IMG/VR virus record: IMGVR_UViG_3300025864_000001
Span: 1 to 64,000 of that record
Source of the DNA: a virus
Direction: 5' to 3' (one strand)
Length of the DNA: 64,000 nucleotides
Positions 18,574 to 27,465 of this stretch are shown here, one piece after another. The notes beneath the pieces are model-generated. The model was given only the letters and a program-made list of their open reading frames with translations, was not told the origin of the DNA and searched no databases. The position numbers were made by a program, and so were the translations under genes. Within the stretch, counting starts at the first letter, position 1, and each line of letters opens with the position of its first letter.

Positions 18574-18594
18574 AGTCTTTGCCGGATTAGATTA

Positions 18595-18837
18595 TTACAC
18601 CCATCCGTGTCCAATCGCATCACCATAACTGGTGTACGTGGTGGTACCTCCACACAGAACAGCGATAGCCTCAGCATAACGCCAGTCCCATTCACTCTTA
18701 CTTACAGCGATGACGCAGTGGTGCATCTGGTGCCACTGAGCTCCTTCTTTCGGTCCATGTGTCGTATGCGCTGTAACAGTGTTTAAGACACAGACACGGG
18801 CTTTCAGGAAAATCCTTGCTTTGACATTGTAAGCCAT
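18595..18837 (-). CDS. Small protein paralogous to the N-terminal domain of the FN3 protein
   Basis: Shared R..VL...V...T..G...G.Q...M...R...A..VL..G pattern. Confidence 0.6.
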   Translation of the reverse strand: MAYNVKARIFLKARVCVLNTVTAHTTHGPKEGAQWHQMHHCVIAVSKSEWDWRYAEAIAVLCGGTTTYTSYGDAIGHGWV

Positions 18838-18879
18838 GATTGCAAATTTTAAGTTAAAAAACTATGATTAAGAAAAAAA

Positions 18880-19404
18880 TTACACTGCTAATGTGGTAAA
18901 TGATTTGACAATACCATACTGGGTCATGTTCGCGCTGGTTACAGTCTTTACCCTGTAATAATACTTGGTGTTTGCTGTTAATCCTGCAAGCACTGCTGTC
19001 ACGGGAGATAAAGTTGCAGATGTTAGTGCACTTTCACCGGCGGTGGCACTTGTTCCAAGTTCTTTTGTGGTGCCATACTCAAAGGTCACAACGGTTGATA
19101 CGCTATGGGTGTTTGCAGATCCTTTCAGCGTTGCTCCAGTTGCAGTTATTGAACCCGCTTCATTGGTAACAGCTACCGCAGGCACATCAAGATCCAGTTC
19201 ATAGCCATCAGCCAGCACCAATGCTGCATTGGAAAGGCGTGTTTGCAGTTCATCCCAAGGCAACTCTATCTCCGGCATGTCGGCAATGATCTTGCCCTGT
19301 GTGCCTTGTCTGCCAGGACGGCTACCTGATTTCGTTCTTTCCCCAACTTCTATGGTGAGAACATTTATTCTGAGTTTTACTCTAACATCTCTTACGATAC
19401 TCAT
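18880..19404 (-). CDS. FN3/Ig-like domain protein (possible virion decoration)
   Basis: ATLKG...FEYGT...LAGLTANTKYYYRV...G...SFTT; Thr/Ser/Ala rich. Confidence 0.8.
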   Translation of the reverse strand: MSIVRDVRVKLRINVLTIEVGERTKSGSRPGRQGTQGKIIADMPEIELPWDELQTRLSNAALVLADGYELDLDVPAVAVTNEAGSITATGATLKGSANTHSVSTVVTFEYGTTKELGTSATAGESALTSATLSPVTAVLAGLTANTKYYYRVKTVTSANMTQYGIVKSFTTLAV

Positions 19405-19441
19405 TTTACTTACGTATTAAATTAGACATGAATTACAGAGA

Positions 19442-19449
19442 CAAAGTTA
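19442..19449 (-). promoter_or_regulatory. -7 box TAACTTTG for the FN3/DUF6734 cassette
   Basis: TAnnTTTG match in the intergenic gap. Confidence 0.6.
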
Positions 19450-19460
19450 TACAAAATATT

Positions 19461-20093
19461 TTAATCAGCATCAAAAAGAGTTTTTTGCGTAATGACTTCT
19501 TTATTCATTGCACAATTCAAAATGTGTAACCCTAACTCCGGGTTTACACAATTTCTTAAAACCTTATCCCGCCTGGATGTAAATTTATAACCGGTAATAT
19601 CAAAACCATGTAATGCCTGCCAGTCAGATATCTTGCCCCTATTAACACAGGCTTCTTTAACGTTGATTTGTTTGATATGGAAATTTGACCAAAATAAATG
19701 CCTTCCGATTTTTATTGAAGGATTTACTAACGGCTCATAAAATGGATTGACATTTTCAACAAGCCAATTACCTTTGAAATAATGTTTTAAAAATAGAATC
19801 TCTTCATAAAGTTTCATGTCTGGGAAAATAGGCTTATATCGCTTACCACTTACAGAAGCCCAAAACCTGGCGCGTGAATGAGACGGGCAATTAATTGAGC
19901 TCCAAATAAAATCAAACTCCTGATAGTGGTTTAAAAGATATTCGTGCGCATCAGTAATAATTACAATATCATTAGGAAAGTGATCTGAATAGAATTTCGC
20001 TATACTTGGATTTAATTCAATAGCAGTAACCTCGACATCCTTCCAGAGTTTACGATTACCACCAAGCCCCGCATAAAGATTTAACGCCTTCAT
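19461..20093 (-). CDS. DNA cytosine-5 methyltransferase-like
   Basis: LYAGLGG, catalytic Cys in SINCPSH, ENV, RH.FW, LRNCV. Confidence 0.8.
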   Translation of the reverse strand: MKALNLYAGLGGNRKLWKDVEVTAIELNPSIAKFYSDHFPNDIVIITDAHEYLLNHYQEFDFIWSSINCPSHSRARFWASVSGKRYKPIFPDMKLYEEILFLKHYFKGNWLVENVNPFYEPLVNPSIKIGRHLFWSNFHIKQINVKEACVNRGKISDWQALHGFDITGYKFTSRRDKVLRNCVNPELGLHILNCAMNKEVITQKTLFDAD

Positions 20094-20512
20094 TCTTTCT
20101 TCCTTAACAGTGCGTACACATCTTTATTTTTACCATCATCAAGAGGCAGTCTGGCAATCCTGAATATAACCGAATAGGGTTTCTCCGCATTCACCGGATG
20201 AGAGACACATCTCTCCCATGTGGCATCAATTATAAACCGTGCCAGACCGACATTATTAAAAATAGCCCCGCCTTCAGGTGCTCGTCTCAGTGGCCATCCC
20301 TCAATATCTTTGAAGATACCAAAGTCAGATTTAGATTTGGTGTCACGGCAGATGTTCACCGTGGCATAGACATCTTTCTTCTTGTCGTATAATCCCAGGT
20401 GTTTAACCGCTGCCTTGTTAAAGAACACCACGCCTTTGACTGTGAACCGTACCGTAGGTTCTCCACGCATGGCATCCATAAAATCCTCTTTGCATAGCTT
20501 TTCTATTTCCAT
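20090..20512 (-). CDS. Hypothetical protein
   Basis: ORF coupled by ATGA overlap. Confidence 0.65.
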   Translation of the reverse strand: MEIEKLCKEDFMDAMRGEPTVRFTVKGVVFFNKAAVKHLGLYDKKKDVYATVNICRDTKSKSDFGIFKDIEGWPLRRAPEGGAIFNNVGLARFIIDATWERCVSHPVNAEKPYSVIFRIARLPLDDGKNKDVYALLRKKE

Positions 20513-20517
20513 AGCGA

Positions 20518-20994
20518 TTAGGAAATATAGTGTTTCAGCAGAACATCAATGGCCTCGATCTGGATGCTTAACCTCTGTTTCTCCTCGAGAAGAAGATCAA
20601 CCATCTGTCCATTGCTTAGCCGTGGATGTGGTTTTTTTTCTTCAATAGGCATCTCTTTTCTGGGATAAGTAGCAAGATCATGCAGATTCATACCAGTTTT
20701 TAGCGGTTCTGGTATAGTTTCTTGTGTTTTTGGAACAATTTTCTCTGGTTTTTTCTTAACTAACACCCCATTCTTTTCAGCGTACTTTGTAATTGACAGT
20801 CCCGAGTTCACCCATTTCTGAAGCACCTCCCATGCCGCATCAGGACATTTGTTTAGTTTCTCAGGGACTACCACACAACTCAGATAAGAAGGATGTATCC
20901 CTATCATTGGCCCTGCCATATTTTTAGACAGTAGTTCTTTACCAAGGGCTTCAATAACCCTTTCGCTGATTCTTTGTTTTGCAATCTCGTTCAT
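20518..20994 (-). CDS. Putative HTH DNA-binding protein
   Basis: LSKNMAGPMIGIHPSYLS resembles a Cro/XRE HTH. Confidence 0.5.
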   Translation of the reverse strand: MNEIAKQRISERVIEALGKELLSKNMAGPMIGIHPSYLSCVVVPEKLNKCPDAAWEVLQKWVNSGLSITKYAEKNGVLVKKKPEKIVPKTQETIPEPLKTGMNLHDLATYPRKEMPIEEKKPHPRLSNGQMVDLLLEEKQRLSIQIEAIDVLLKHYIS

Positions 20995-21005
20995 AGCCGT
21001 AATTA

Positions 21006-21236
21006 TTATTTTAGTAACTCCATTAGTTTTTCTTCAAGCCACTTCACGTAATCTGTGTCAGGTTTATTAAATATGATTGTACCCCGATTCCCTGCCAGAT
21101 CAAATTTCTCTGCATCCGACATATCGAGTATCCACTGTCCTTTTGACCGCCACACCTCAAACTCAACTTCTTCTTCGTCAAAAGCAATATTACTCGTTTC
21201 TGCCTTGTATTTCATCTGCAGCTCGAGTCTGTTCAT
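21006..21236 (-). CDS. Hypothetical protein
   Basis: YK.ET...YV.WLE pattern common in phage small proteins. Confidence 0.65.
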   Translation of the reverse strand: MNRLELQMKYKAETSNIAFDEEEVEFEVWRSKGQWILDMSDAEKFDLAGNRGTIIFNKPDTDYVKWLEEKLMELLK

Positions 21237-21487
21237 TTGCCGTCCTCCATATCAGGTAGCAGAACATCATCATCTGCGGGTTTCTCTTTTGCACCGAACT
21301 CACACCGTTGTCGGCAGAACTCTGAATTGTAATCCGGGCAATCACGATACTTAATCGGTTCCTCACTCTCACACAACTTTTCATTCGGTGCCACGTTTTC
21401 AGAGGACACGTTCTCCACAGTAGGCTGCATTACCGTCAGTTTTGCGCCATAACGTCCTTCCTCTTCTGCTTTATAACTCTTCTTCAT
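21233..21487 (-). CDS. Hypothetical protein
   Basis: ORF with ATGA overlap. Confidence 0.5.
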   Translation of the reverse strand: MKKSYKAEEEGRYGAKLTVMQPTVENVSSENVAPNEKLCESEEPIKYRDCPDYNSEFCRQRCEFGAKEKPADDDVLLPDMEDGK

Positions 21488-21505
21488 AGTATTTCAGGTA
21501 TAAAA

Positions 21506-21835
21506 TTAATATTCAGTACTCTTCTTTATTGTATATCGCTCAATGAACTTCTCCATACCTCCCTTGCCCTTTCTTACTATGCTCTGCCTTCCTTTCTCTA
21601 TCGAAGCAGTACTAACCTTCATTATTACCACATCTTCATCATCATAATAGCTAAACCTCTTTCTCGTGAAGATATCCACTAATACCCCTTCAGAAAGACC
21701 CGTACGCTTACTCAGTATCCTCTTATTTGTACAACCACCACACTTAATACTCTTGTCCCCTATCCCTAATTTTTTATAATAGTAAACAAACAGTTCTTTC
21801 CCCGTTAATCGTATGTCTATCCCCCTTACTCCCAT
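21506..21835 (-). CDS. Hypothetical protein
   Basis: First gene of the leftward block. Confidence 0.6.
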   Translation of the reverse strand: MGVRGIDIRLTGKELFVYYYKKLGIGDKSIKCGGCTNKRILSKRTGLSEGVLVDIFTRKRFSYYDDEDVVIMKVSTASIEKGRQSIVRKGKGGMEKFIERYTIKKSTEY

Positions 21836-22211
21836 GTCTTTTTTCTTCTAAAAACTATTCTATGTGATACCAGTAGTTATTTCAAATTACTAATCGGTGT
21901 TCTATGTGGTGTAAATTAACAACCTTATTTTGAATCTACCAAATAAAATACCACAATTCTGCACTTTACCCTAAGTGTGCGTGTCCTTGCAGTCTATATA
22001 CATGTTTTCGGTTGGTCGCGTATTTCCAAAATCGAAAACGCGAACCCACCAGCCCCCTTCTGGGACTCCGGCAACTTTACCGGACCATATAAAGCGCGTT
22101 ATTGTCTCCTGATCAGCAAATAAAGCGGTTTGTAATACTATTCAATAGGGTAGGGGAGGGCATTACATTAGCACAATGCCGATGCCTGTCTGATCAATGC
22201 AAATACATTCT

Positions 22212-22239
22212 ATTTGACATAATAATTATTATAGGCTTT
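22212..22239 (-). other. dif-like XerC/XerD recombination site
   Basis: Minus strand AAAGCCTATAA-TAATTA-TTATGTCAAAT: 11-6-11 layout, XerD arm one mismatch from TTATGTTAAAT. Confidence 0.75.
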
Positions 22240-22421
22240 ATATGATAGGGGTCTGCATGCGTGCGTTTAGCTGTGTGCTGTGCGTTCTGATTGCCTCATT
22301 AATTGTGCCTTTGCGTGTGCTTTTATCTGTTTGCATGTTAATTATATGCTTTAATATTATGTAAAATAGCACAGTAAACGGGCTAAAAGTGTGTAATATT
22401 GTGGTTTTAAGTGGCTGACGA

Positions 22422-23039
22422 TTGAATACTCACACAAATAACGGACCAATGGCAGGACAAACGCGACCAAATGAGGCAAACGACCTGAATAACGGTCATT
22501 CTCTTTCTTCTCTTCCTTCCTTACCTGTAAGTCTGAATGGTTTATATCAGGTGTTAAATGATGATATGAAGAGGCTATTTATTAAGATGTACAATTATTT
22601 ATGGGGTGTTGTTAATGGTTATTCGGTGCGGTCCTGTGGCGTTGTGTCATATTATTGGCTATTGTCCCGTGTTGCTGCCTCTTCTTCTCTTGCTCCTTCT
22701 TCTCTGGTCCTGCTGTCATATCTTTATATGATGACAAGTAAAGGAACTAAGTTAATACATTCTAATATTGTACATAATAGTGGGGTGTTGCCTGGTGCGC
22801 TGCCGATTACTGTCCAGCGTGTAACATGGGACCTTAAACATGCCGGATACATTACCAGACATACAAAAGATCCCGGCCAACCTTACAGCCAAAGGGCACA
22901 ACATAACAAACAGCCGGTTTATATTCGCCTTACTCCTTTGGGCTTGCGTGTCATTGAAGATATGACAAAGGACATTAACAAACTATTGCTTAATACTTCG
23001 CTTAATGATCTTACAGGGGTGAACATAAAAAAACCCTGA
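22422..23039 (+). CDS. MarR-like winged-helix protein
   Basis: L.LLSYLY...TVQRVTWDLKHAGYITR...VYIRLTPLG; true start uncertain. Confidence 0.65.
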   Translation: MNTHTNNGPMAGQTRPNEANDLNNGHSLSSLPSLPVSLNGLYQVLNDDMKRLFIKMYNYLWGVVNGYSVRSCGVVSYYWLLSRVAASSSLAPSSLVLLSYLYMMTSKGTKLIHSNIVHNSGVLPGALPITVQRVTWDLKHAGYITRHTKDPGQPYSQRAQHNKQPVYIRLTPLGLRVIEDMTKDINKLLLNTSLNDLTGVNIKKP

Positions 23040-23059
23040 TAGTATTGATTTATCAGGGT
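23027..23059 (-). terminator. Intrinsic terminator between convergent genes
   Basis: ACCCTGATA/TATCAGGGT stem with T-tract on the minus strand. Confidence 0.75.
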
Positions 23060-23080
23060 GTTAACTCGTTTAGGCTGCGT

Positions 23081-23587
23081 TTATTCGCTTGTTAACGTGC
23101 CATCATCAGTAAAATAATACTCATTCGCTTCAATGGTATCAATTATTGCCTCCTCGCTGGTCCTGTACTCGTACTCCTTTGTTAATATTATCCTGTAATC
23201 CTCACAAAGAGACTTTAAAAATTCATCTTCTAACTCTTCTATCTCTTCCTCTACTGATTGTTCTATCCTTCCATTTTCTCCGGTCAATGCTTCAAGGTCA
23301 TTTAAAAACTCTTTTGCTGTGTCAAATGTATCACATTCATTGCCGTGACTTACTTTTATTAGTTCGGCTGTGTCTGCTGCTGATACGATAAAATTACCTT
23401 TTACATAACTTGCTCTATCAATGTCAAAGCCTGTTATCTTAAAGTTGATATTTTCTGCATCCTCATATGTTGATTCAAACCAGTTAGAAAATTCCACATT
23501 AATAGCTGATAGTTTATTTATTGCGTTCTTTTTTGCCTCTTCTGATAGTTCGCTGAACTGATACAGGTTAATAGTTTTTGTTTTCAT
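23081..23587 (-). CDS. Conserved phage hypothetical protein
   Basis: Y.F.ELSEEAK...EYEY..SEEAI..TI.ANEY.F..DG pattern. Confidence 0.75.
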   Translation of the reverse strand: MKTKTINLYQFSELSEEAKKNAINKLSAINVEFSNWFESTYEDAENINFKITGFDIDRASYVKGNFIVSAADTAELIKVSHGNECDTFDTAKEFLNDLEALTGENGRIEQSVEEEIEELEDEFLKSLCEDYRIILTKEYEYRTSEEAIIDTIEANEYYFTDDGTLTSE

Positions 23588-23611
23588 CTTATTTTGTGTT
23601 TTTGGTGCCGG

Positions 23612-23884
23612 TTAATATTGTTCTGTAACATCATATACAAGCTGTTCCCATCTATCTAAACCGTTCGGGCGTCCTCCTTCTTTTAATTTGGGGCACAGTT
23701 TAATAAACTTAATAGCATATTGTAAGGCCTTTAATAGGTCCGGGGCTGCTGCAAGTAGTCGCGCGTTGGCTTCCTGTTCTTCGTTATCCTTATCAAAATA
23801 AGGAATAAGGGCAAGCGTTTTCCCTGTCTCTTGTGGGTAAATTTGTCCGTCCTTAGTTATCCATGTTCCTTCTGTGTGTTTCAT
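23612..23884 (-). CDS. KHTxGxW...ANAxLxAAAPDLL family protein, copy 1
   Basis: Family motifs. Confidence 0.8.
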   Translation of the reverse strand: MKHTEGTWITKDGQIYPQETGKTLALIPYFDKDNEEQEANARLLAAAPDLLKALQYAIKFIKLCPKLKEGGRPNGLDRWEQLVYDVTEQY

Positions 23885-23926
23885 CGTCTTGTGTGTTTAA
23901 TGGTTAATACTCTGGTTTACTGTTTA

Positions 23927-24109
23927 TTATAGTCCGCAATCTGCATCAGACTGCATTTCATACTCTAATTCGTAGAGTTCACTGGCTCTGTCTGCGCAAT
24001 CCTCGCAGATATTGACATCAAGAGGGCTAATTTCCCCGTTCTCTATCATATCAACCTCTGTTTTAGATAGTTGAAATTTCTCTTTACATATAATACAGGT
24101 GCGTTTCAT
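23927..24109 (-). CDS. Small Zn-finger protein
   Basis: CxxC...CxxC. Confidence 0.65.
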   Translation of the reverse strand: MKRTCIICKEKFQLSKTEVDMIENGEISPLDVNICEDCADRASELYELEYEMQSDADCGL

Positions 24110-24120
24110 AGTGTTGTGTT

Positions 24121-24213
24121 TTAAAGGTTTTCAACTATTGTTTCTATTTCTTCATCCGTAGACCCTTGGGCCCTGAGGTCCTTTACAAATTCAATTAATT
24201 CACTGGTTTTCAT
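24121..24213 (-). CDS. 30-aa small protein MKTSELIEFVKDLRAQGSTDEEIETIVENL
   Basis: Manual translation; shares the AAACACA leader; first gene after the leftward promoter. Confidence 0.5.
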   Translation of the reverse strand: MKTSELIEFVKDLRAQGSTDEEIETIVENL

Positions 24214-24246
24214 TGGTTTGTGTTTTTAATTAATACTAATCAGATG

Positions 24247-24360
24247 TAAATGTAATACATATATATCATATAAACAAATCTTTTTACATATTTATTTTGC
24301 ATTATTATATTATTATTATTGCTTTTTACTTGTTTATATGATATTTATAGTTTTACTTTG
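24247..24360. promoter_or_regulatory. Back-to-back divergent promoters sharing a 15-bp inverted repeat
   Basis: ATATCATATAAACAA (24263-24277) / TTGTTTATATGATAT (24330-24344); each arm reads TTG + 20 nt + TACATTTA or TTACTTTG. Confidence 0.65.
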
Positions 24361-24387
24361 TACTGTTAACCAATAAAAACACACACA

Positions 24388-24768
24388 ATGAAAATTAAAA
24401 GCAGTAACGCAAGTAGTTTTTTAAATCATCTCAAAACATTGGCCTATCTTGGTAATGTTGATGAGTGGAAAGCAGAGAACCTTTACAAGAAATTAAAAAG
24501 GATCGAATCAAGAATGAACCGTTTAATGTGCGATGAGTGCAACGGGACCAGACCAGGCACCGAAGAAGAGAACGAAAAGAAAGACGAAAAAGTAATTGAT
24601 CGAGTTAAAAAGCTCCTTCCGGTTGCTACTGGCGTATTCCTTAACGGGGACCCTCGCGGCTATACTCTTAAAATCAAGAGCGAAGATGTTAAAACTTTGA
24701 ACGAGGCCGGCAAAATCAATATTTATCAGGATTGGGGCGGCTATGGTATTTTGGCCCCTGAATTTTAA
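24388..24768 (+). CDS. Conserved phage hypothetical protein
   Basis: ECNG, NGDPRGY.LKI, DWGGYGILAP motifs. Confidence 0.75.
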   Translation: MKIKSSNASSFLNHLKTLAYLGNVDEWKAENLYKKLKRIESRMNRLMCDECNGTRPGTEEENEKKDEKVIDRVKKLLPVATGVFLNGDPRGYTLKIKSEDVKTLNEAGKINIYQDWGGYGILAPEF

Positions 24769-24841
24769 AGGTTTGCTGATGATTGTTAAATACATGAAAG
24801 CGGGCTAATTACCCGCTACAAACCAATAAAAACACAAAGAA

Positions 24842-25105
24842 ATGACAAACACACTAATTAACACAGATTACCGGACCTATTTAGTAAGGTTCAAATTTCA
24901 ATCAACATACTGCCGTTTTATCGTGCAGGGTTCCGGGCTTATGGACTGCTTAAAACAGTATGATCAGAACGGGGTGGAATCCATTAAAGAATTTGACCCG
25001 CTCAAAAGTACATTTAAACGCATTTCCCGGGCTGATCTCCTGAAGGCGTTCAAATGGGAAACAGAAACGTATGAGTATTTAAAAAATCATTACTTTTTCA
25101 AATAG
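24842..25105 (+). CDS. Hypothetical protein
   Basis: AACCAATAAAAACAC leader. Confidence 0.65.
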   Translation: MTNTLINTDYRTYLVRFKFQSTYCRFIVQGSGLMDCLKQYDQNGVESIKEFDPLKSTFKRISRADLLKAFKWETETYEYLKNHYFFK

Positions 25106-25167
25106 TTTTTATTGGTTGCTTGGTTAATACTTTGCGCCTGGGGTGTGTTCCTGGGCGCAATTAACCA
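25106..25167 (+). ncRNA. Candidate antisense hairpin complementary to early-gene leaders
   Basis: TTTTTATTGGTT followed by a hairpin with loop GTGTGTT. Confidence 0.4.
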
Positions 25168-25191
25168 CGCTTAACCGTAAATATTAATATT

Positions 25192-25392
25192 ATGGCACGA
25201 AAAAAATGTACTTTGGAATCTATCGCGCTGACTACTTTAAAGCCTGGTGCGTTCCTTTACTCTCATAAGGCCGATAAAGATTTAACGGCTATATCTCATT
25301 ATTATCGGGTGCGGATAGCTACTGAGCGTTTAATATTGATCAATCCGCAGACCTGTAAAGCTCAAAAAATTACAAAAGTTACTTTACTCTAA
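25192..25392 (+). CDS. Hypothetical protein
   Basis: ORF track, operon direction. Confidence 0.55.
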   Translation: MARKKCTLESIALTTLKPGAFLYSHKADKDLTAISHYYRVRIATERLILINPQTCKAQKITKVTLL

Positions 25393-25403
25393 TACCTTAT
25401 ATT

Positions 25404-25493
25404 ATGGAATATCTTTATTTATTAATTCCTGGTGTTCTGATCCTGATGATCTTCTTACCCTCTATTAAACCCTTTAATACTGTGAAAAAATGA
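25404..25493 (+). CDS. 29-aa single-TM peptide
   Basis: MEYLYLLIPGVLILMIFLPSIKPFNTVKK; ATGA overlap with a 59-aa ORF (25490-25669). Confidence 0.45.
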   Translation: MEYLYLLIPGVLILMIFLPSIKPFNTVKK

Positions 25494-25852
25494 CAATAGA
25501 ACGCACCGCAACCAATTTAATGACCGGACAAATAAGAACGGTTATTTTTACACGTGTTGAGGATCATAATTTTAATATTGCCAATCTCTGGCGGTCCTCT
25601 GATGGTGGTTATTATACCTTTGGGATCCTCGGATGGTTTAACGTTGATAAATACCTGAAACATGATTAAGCGCGTTTTAAGGCATCAATTTGCCCCGTTC
25701 CTACTTATCCCCCTGTCTTGTATCTATTGGGGTGTGTTCTGGGCCCTGGGGGTCCTGCTGGGCTTAATGTAGCCGGGAGAATGCAGGGCCAAAGGTTTTA
25801 ATATTACAATCAAATAGTATCACAATTTTTTAATTTATAAAAACACAGAAAA

Positions 25853-26065
25853 ATGAAAGAAATTAAATTTAACAGAAATACGTCATTTTTAGGGCGTAAC
25901 GGCATGTTTAAACAATCCGGTATCCGAATAAATGAGATTACTGGCGCAATAGCTTTGTACCCGATCACCAGTAAAGGACAAATCGGACGAGCATGTTTAA
26001 CTATTCCAAAAGATAAGTTACAGGAATTTATGAATGCACTATTATTAACCCCTCTCACAGATTAA
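25853..26065 (+). CDS. Hypothetical protein
   Basis: PITSKG..GR motif; AAACACA leader. Confidence 0.65.
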   Translation: MKEIKFNRNTSFLGRNGMFKQSGIRINEITGAIALYPITSKGQIGRACLTIPKDKLQEFMNALLLTPLTD

Positions 26066-26145
26066 GTTTTTGCCCGTTACAAGTCGGGAATAATACAGAG
26101 TACAGGGGCGCAAGCCTCTGAAATGTAACCAAAAACATAGAAATT

Positions 26146-26496
26146 ATGAAAGATCAAAAACACACAGCAGGAAATTGGACACGTGGAACTCGTACCAATA
26201 CAAAAGAATGGATGCAAATAGTTAGTGATGGTATTATACCAATTGCAGAAGTAAAACCATTACATAAAACCGGATACAGAGAAAAGGATGACTTTCAAAC
26301 AGAAGAAGCAAACGCAAAATTAATTTGCGCAGCCCCAGACTTACTAAAAGTTTGCATTGACTTACTTAACGCATTTGTCCACAAAGAGAATGACAAGAAA
26401 GGCAACCAGACAAGAACGGACATTTTTAAATACTGTCCTGAATTTGGGGAAATAGCAGTAGCAGCAAGACACGCAATCGAAAAAGCAACGGAATAA
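26146..26496 (+). CDS. KHTxGxW...AAPDLL...KATE family protein, copy 2
   Basis: Family motifs. Confidence 0.8.
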   Translation: MKDQKHTAGNWTRGTRTNTKEWMQIVSDGIIPIAEVKPLHKTGYREKDDFQTEEANAKLICAAPDLLKVCIDLLNAFVHKENDKKGNQTRTDIFKYCPEFGEIAVAARHAIEKATE

Positions 26497-26621
26497 TGAA
26501 AACAATTTGTACACATTGCGGGAAAAAACAAACCGCAAAAGAAAAAGAGTATTCTTTAAATAGCGCAAAATGTAAGTTTTGTAAAAAAGAAGGTACGTTA
26601 ATAGAAATAACAAAGCAATGA
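26496..26621 (+). CDS. 41-aa Zn-ribbon protein
   Basis: MKTICTHCGK...KCKFCK; TAATG and ATGA overlaps at its two ends. Confidence 0.55.
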   Translation: MKTICTHCGKKQTAKEKEYSLNSAKCKFCKKEGTLIEITKQ

Positions 26622-26860
26622 ATAAACCAACCTACACACCGGAACAGATGAACGGCAAATATATTGCCTGTTCTGTATTACTCGATCCTCCCGGCTTGGG
26701 TGCAGTCGAATATGCCACAGGACCACGCGAGGGATTGCCCGTACTCTACAATTCCATAGCATCAGCAGAAGATGATTTGTTTTGGGATGACTTATGGGAT
26801 CACATTATACCCGCAAGTGAATATTTTGAGCGGGTGGCAACAAATAATTTTAAGTTTTAA
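26618..26860 (+). CDS. Hypothetical protein
   Basis: ORF track. Confidence 0.6.
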   Translation: MNKPTYTPEQMNGKYIACSVLLDPPGLGAVEYATGPREGLPVLYNSIASAEDDLFWDDLWDHIIPASEYFERVATNNFKF

Positions 26861-26881
26861 AATATATAAAAAAGCATAATT

Positions 26882-27160
26882 ATGAAACACACACAAGGAG
26901 AATGGATTATGCACAATAACGTGTTTAATTCTGTTGTAATCACAAAAATAGACAGTGGTTATAAAGTTATCGGATCATTCACAAATGATAATAAATTGAT
27001 CCCAGAAAACGAAATGAGGGCAAATGCAAAACTCTGCGCAGCAGCCCCTGACTTACTGGAGTCCTGTATCAAATTATTTGAAATTGTTGATACAAGATCC
27101 CAATCCGATGAAGATATTTGCTTCATGGCATATAAAACCATTAAAAAAGCCACCGAATAA
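26882..27160 (+). CDS. KHTxGxW...AAAPDLL...KATE family protein, copy 3
   Basis: Family motifs. Confidence 0.8.
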   Translation: MKHTQGEWIMHNNVFNSVVITKIDSGYKVIGSFTNDNKLIPENEMRANAKLCAAAPDLLESCIKLFEIVDTRSQSDEDICFMAYKTIKKATE

Positions 27161-27450
27161 TGCCACAATTTAACCTCTTTGGAGAGATAGACGTACAGAC
27201 CATGCCGGAGCCGGAAATGGTTTCCGAAATGCCTGAGCCTGAGATGCCGCACCCTCGCAAGTCAAAGAAGAGAAAGTCTTTTGATATTGGCATTTGTCGT
27301 GCGTGTGGTCAGTTACTACTCGATGATCCTGATAACACCAGGATTAAGATTGATGATGAGTTATGTGAGGATTGCGATGCTACATTAAGGGCAAAATACA
27401 GTCAGTATAAAAATTTTGCTCTTATACGAGCATTGAGAATGCGTAAATAA
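27160..27450 (+). CDS. Zn-finger protein with N-terminal QxNLF motif
   Basis: QFNLF (clamp-binding-like), MPEPEM x2, CxxC..CxxC. Confidence 0.55.
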   Translation: MPQFNLFGEIDVQTMPEPEMVSEMPEPEMPHPRKSKKRKSFDIGICRACGQLLLDDPDNTRIKIDDELCEDCDATLRAKYSQYKNFALIRALRMRK

Positions 27451-27465
27451 CTTAAAAATAATAAC

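Noticed and set aside
18595-18837. RiPP precursor for the radical SAM enzyme
   Set aside because: It is 8.5 kb from the enzyme, no RRE/SPASM domain or transporter is visible, and it aligns better with the neighbouring FN3 protein.
24263-24344. Bacteroides-type invertible promoter
   Set aside because: The -7 boxes lie outside the repeats, so inversion would not reorient them; no invertase seen.
26070-26120. tRNA gene
   Set aside because: Only short hairpins (one GCAA tetraloop); no cloverleaf or T-loop. No tRNA was recognised anywhere in the window.
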